From contig NIVC01002229.1 in NCBI GenBank assembly GCA_002269645.1, forward strand, positions 1-64,000: DNA of 64,000 nucleotides, read 5' to 3'. The DNA comes from Macrostomum lignano. Taxonomy: Eukaryota. Each line of letters starts with the position of its first letter. Position 1 is the stretch's first letter. A program made the position numbers and the translations under genes. Below are positions 61,208-64,000 of the stretch, piece after piece. Under the pieces are notes generated by a model. That model did no database searches, was not told where the DNA came from, and saw only the letters and a list, made by a program, of their open reading frames with translations.

Positions 61208-61384
61208 GGACAGACAGGCAGACAGACAGACAGGCAGACAGACAGACAGGCAGGCAGACAGGCAGACAGACAGACAGACAGACAGACAGGCAGGCAGGCA
61301 GACAGACAGACAGACAGACAGATAGACAGACAGACAGGCAGACAGACAGACAGACAGGCAGGCAGACAGGCAGGCAGACAGGTA
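61208..61384. repeat. (CAGA/CAGG)n compound microsatellite about 70 bp upstream of the kinase ATG
   Basis: Direct inspection. Confidence 0.92.
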
Positions 61385-61451
61385 GTCGCGCAAGCTTCTC
61401 TCTCCGGCCCGCAGCCTCCCCAGTCGCCAAGCGCCGCCTCCCGCTAGCTCG

Positions 61452-62172
61452 ATGGGCTGCGCGCAGTCCAGCAGCGGGCAGGCCAGGCGGAAGAGCCGCC
61501 AGCTGGACCGGGAGCGCTACGGCTACGCGGTGGACAGCGATGAAGAAGACTTGCCAAAGAAGCCGAAAAGCCAGCAGCCGCTGCAGCTGCAGAAGCCGGA
61601 GAAGCAGCAGAAGCAGTCGCTGGCAAATCAGCAGCCGGAGCCGGAGGCTGACCAGCAGCTTCATCCCGGCCGGACTCGGCGAGTTCAAATTGACAGCGCA
61701 ATCCGGGTCAAGTACAATGTGAGCAGCATCCTGCACCGTACTGAGCACTCCAACTCCCTGGTGCTCAAGGCCGTCCACAGGGACACCCACGAGCCCTTCG
61801 CGCTGAAGCTCGTGCCGGCGGCCCGCGCCAGCCGCTTCCGCACGGAGCTGTCGGCCATCCGGCGGGCGCGGCATCCCAACATCGTCCGCTGCGTGACGCA
61901 CATCGAGACTCCCCGCTTCCTGTGCCTGGTGCTCGAGCTGGCCACCGGCGACCGCCTGGCGCAGCGGCTGAACGAGCGCGGCCGCCTGCCGGAGCTCCAG
62001 GCCGCCGTCTACTCCGCCCAGCTGCTGGACGGCCTCGCCCACCTGCACAGCTTCGGCTGCGCGCACCGCAACATCCGAACGGAGAACCTGCTGTTCTACC
62101 ATGTGGGCCCAGACTCCCGCCTCCTCATCATTGACTTCGCCTGCGCTTTGCTGCCCGACTCCCCTGATAGCG
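61452..62172 (+). CDS. PSKH: PSKH-like CAMK-group pseudokinase, exon 1
   Basis: MGCAQS acylation motif; FALK, ARHPNIV, LELATG, HRNIRTENLLFYHVGPDSRLLIIDFA, close to PSKH1 [26 protein letters not shown]. Donor AGCG|GTGAGA. Confidence 0.8.
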
Positions 62173-62184
62173 GTGAGATGACCA

Positions 62185-62552
62185 ATCTAGTCTATGGCCA
62201 ATCTGGTCTATGACCAATCTATTCTATGACCAATCTATTCTATGACCAATCTATTCTATGACCAATCTATTCTATGACCAATCTATTAGTCTATGACCAT
62301 TCCAGTAGTCTATGACCAATCCAGTAGTCTATGACCAACCCAGTAGTCTATGACCAATCTAGTAGTCTATGACCAATCTAGTAGTCTGACTACTCTTTTC
62401 TACTACCGCCCTGTTTTATAACCACTATTCTTATCAACACTATGCTTTTGACCACTCTAGGATATGACCAGTCTAGGCTCTGACCACTCCAAGCTATGAC
62501 CAATTCTAAGCTATGACCACTCTAGTCCAGTAAGACTATTCTATGACCAGTC
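62185..62552. repeat. 16-19-bp intronic minisatellite
   Basis: TATGACCAATCTATTC / TATGACCAATCTAGTAGTC variants. Confidence 0.88.
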
Positions 62553-62611
62553 TGCCCCTTATTCCACTGCCACAGCTGCCTAACCCATCCACACCGCCCT
62601 CCGATTCGCAG

Positions 62612-63090
62612 AGGCCCTGGCGCCCCACGGCAGCAGCGCCAGCGAAACTCCTGAAGGCGTCGACGGGCGGCCTTGCGGCCAGCCGGCCGACATTTGGGCC
62701 GTTGGCATGGTAACCATTGCCATGCTGACTGGCCGCAAATCCGCCGCTGTCCGGCCCGGCCAGCCGCCGTTGTTGCCGCAGTCGCTGTCCGAACCGGCGC
62801 GGCAGTTCCTGGCCGCCTGCCTCCGCCCAGACCCCGCCGATCGACCGGCCGCTGCTGAGGCCCGCCGCTGCGCCTGGCTGACCGCAGCGTCTGCGGTGAC
62901 GGCCCGACGGCCGCCTCTCAGCGCTCGGCCTCCGGCAGCTCCGAGGCGCGGCGCGCCGCCTCCCAGTCCGGCTCGTCCAGCCGCTGCTCCTCCAGCCGCC
63001 TGGGCGACTCCCAGCTGTCCGAGACCGGCACCGAGCTGCGGTCTAACAGCGACAGCACCTGCAGCTGACCGACTCAGCAACTGCAGCTGA
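62612..63090 (+). CDS. PSKH: PSKH-like pseudokinase, exon 2
   Basis: Branch-like CCTAAC and acceptor GATTCGCAG (phase 1); TPE..ADIWAVG, ARQFLAACLRPDPADRP (subdomains VIII-XI). Confidence 0.72.
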
Positions 63091-63497
63091 CCGACTCAGC
63101 AACTGCAGCTGACCGACTCAGCAACTGCAGCTGACCGACTCAGCAACTGCAGCTGACCGACTCAGCAACTGCAGCTGACCGACTCAGCCACTGCAGCTGA
63201 CTGACTCAGCAACTGCAGCTGACCGACTCAGCCACTGCAGCTGACTGACTCAGCCACTGCAGCTGACCGACTCAGCAACTGCAGCTGACCGACTCAGCCA
63301 CTGCAGCCGACCGACTCAGCCACTGCAGCTGACCGACTCAGAAACTGCAGCTGACCGACTCAGAAACTGCAGCTGACCGACTCAGAAACTGCAGCTGACT
63401 GACTCAGCCACTGCAGCTGACCGACTCAGCCACTGCAGCTGACCGACTCAGCAACTGCAGCTGACCGACTCAGCCACTGCAGCTGACTGACTCAGCC
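63059..63497. repeat. 22-bp minisatellite, about 20 copies, starting inside the kinase CDS
   Basis: CTGCAGCTGACCGACTCAGCAA and variants. Confidence 0.95.
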
Positions 63498-64000
63498 ACG
63501 GTTAAAAGTTAATAGAAATTTCGTATCAAAGCCTATTTATATTTTCAAACTTCACCCGTGTGGTCAGGTGCTGCTCACATCGCAATATTTAGCGACCTTG
63601 AAATTGAAAATGAATTTTTTTGAAATGAAATTTTGTCTAGCAGATTACAGTTGAAATAGTTGATTTTTTAGCTATTACCGGTATAGCTGTCTGTCTCCTG
63701 GTCTCGTGCCTCTGCTGTACTTTTCTGTAATCTTTAACCTGTATTCACATTTTTTTGTAAACAAAAATGCTTATTCGAATTCAATTTAGGGTGAGATCTC
63801 CTGTTCTGCCCAACACTTTTTTACTGTTGTTATTGTTCAATTTGCCACTCGAATTCTCTGCCCAAGCTGTATTCACGTGATTTATGAATTCATGTATTGA
63901 CTGTGCGCCCATTCACCTGCTGTAATTCGCCTCTGCCATTCATGCGCTCGCCACTGTTTCTGCAACATCTAATTATAAACTGAGCGTCCGCTTGTGGAAA

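Noticed and set aside
62576-62611. Alternative kinase acceptor CACAG at 62575
   Set aside because: Introduces an in-frame TAA at 62581; the 62611 acceptor keeps the frame and has a branch-point-like CCTAAC.

Overview
Eukaryotic (metazoan) genomic DNA with GC-rich exons, minisatellite-filled introns and AT-rich, CpG-poor transposon blocks. This style resembles the flatworm Macrostomum (inference only). Seven host genes are present: an AGPAT-type acyltransferase (+, 5'-partial), a four-KH FUBP/KHSRP/Psi protein (-), the paired-like homeobox gene DRGX (+, with a probable 1-nt indel), intronless COPS2 (+), a tandem C2H2 zinc-finger gene (+), aminoacylase-1 (+) and a PSKH-like pseudokinase (+). 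Mobile DNA includes a young non-autonomous LTR retroelement (18553-23732), a related solo LTR, a tRNA-derived SINE family, an RTE 3' fragment, several hAT-type MITEs, a CMC/EnSpm-like element and two large foldback elements. Two observations stand out. (1) Three MITEs from two different TIR families carry the same 64-nt piece of 28S rDNA around the R2/I-PpoI target, with mismatches concentrated on the cleavage site. (2) The LTRs contain tandem units of [LTR terminus + 3-nt spacer + 18-nt complement of a tRNA-Leu 3' end], which look like captured plus-strand strong-stop ends recording past primer tRNAs. All alignments were done by eye; no searches were run.
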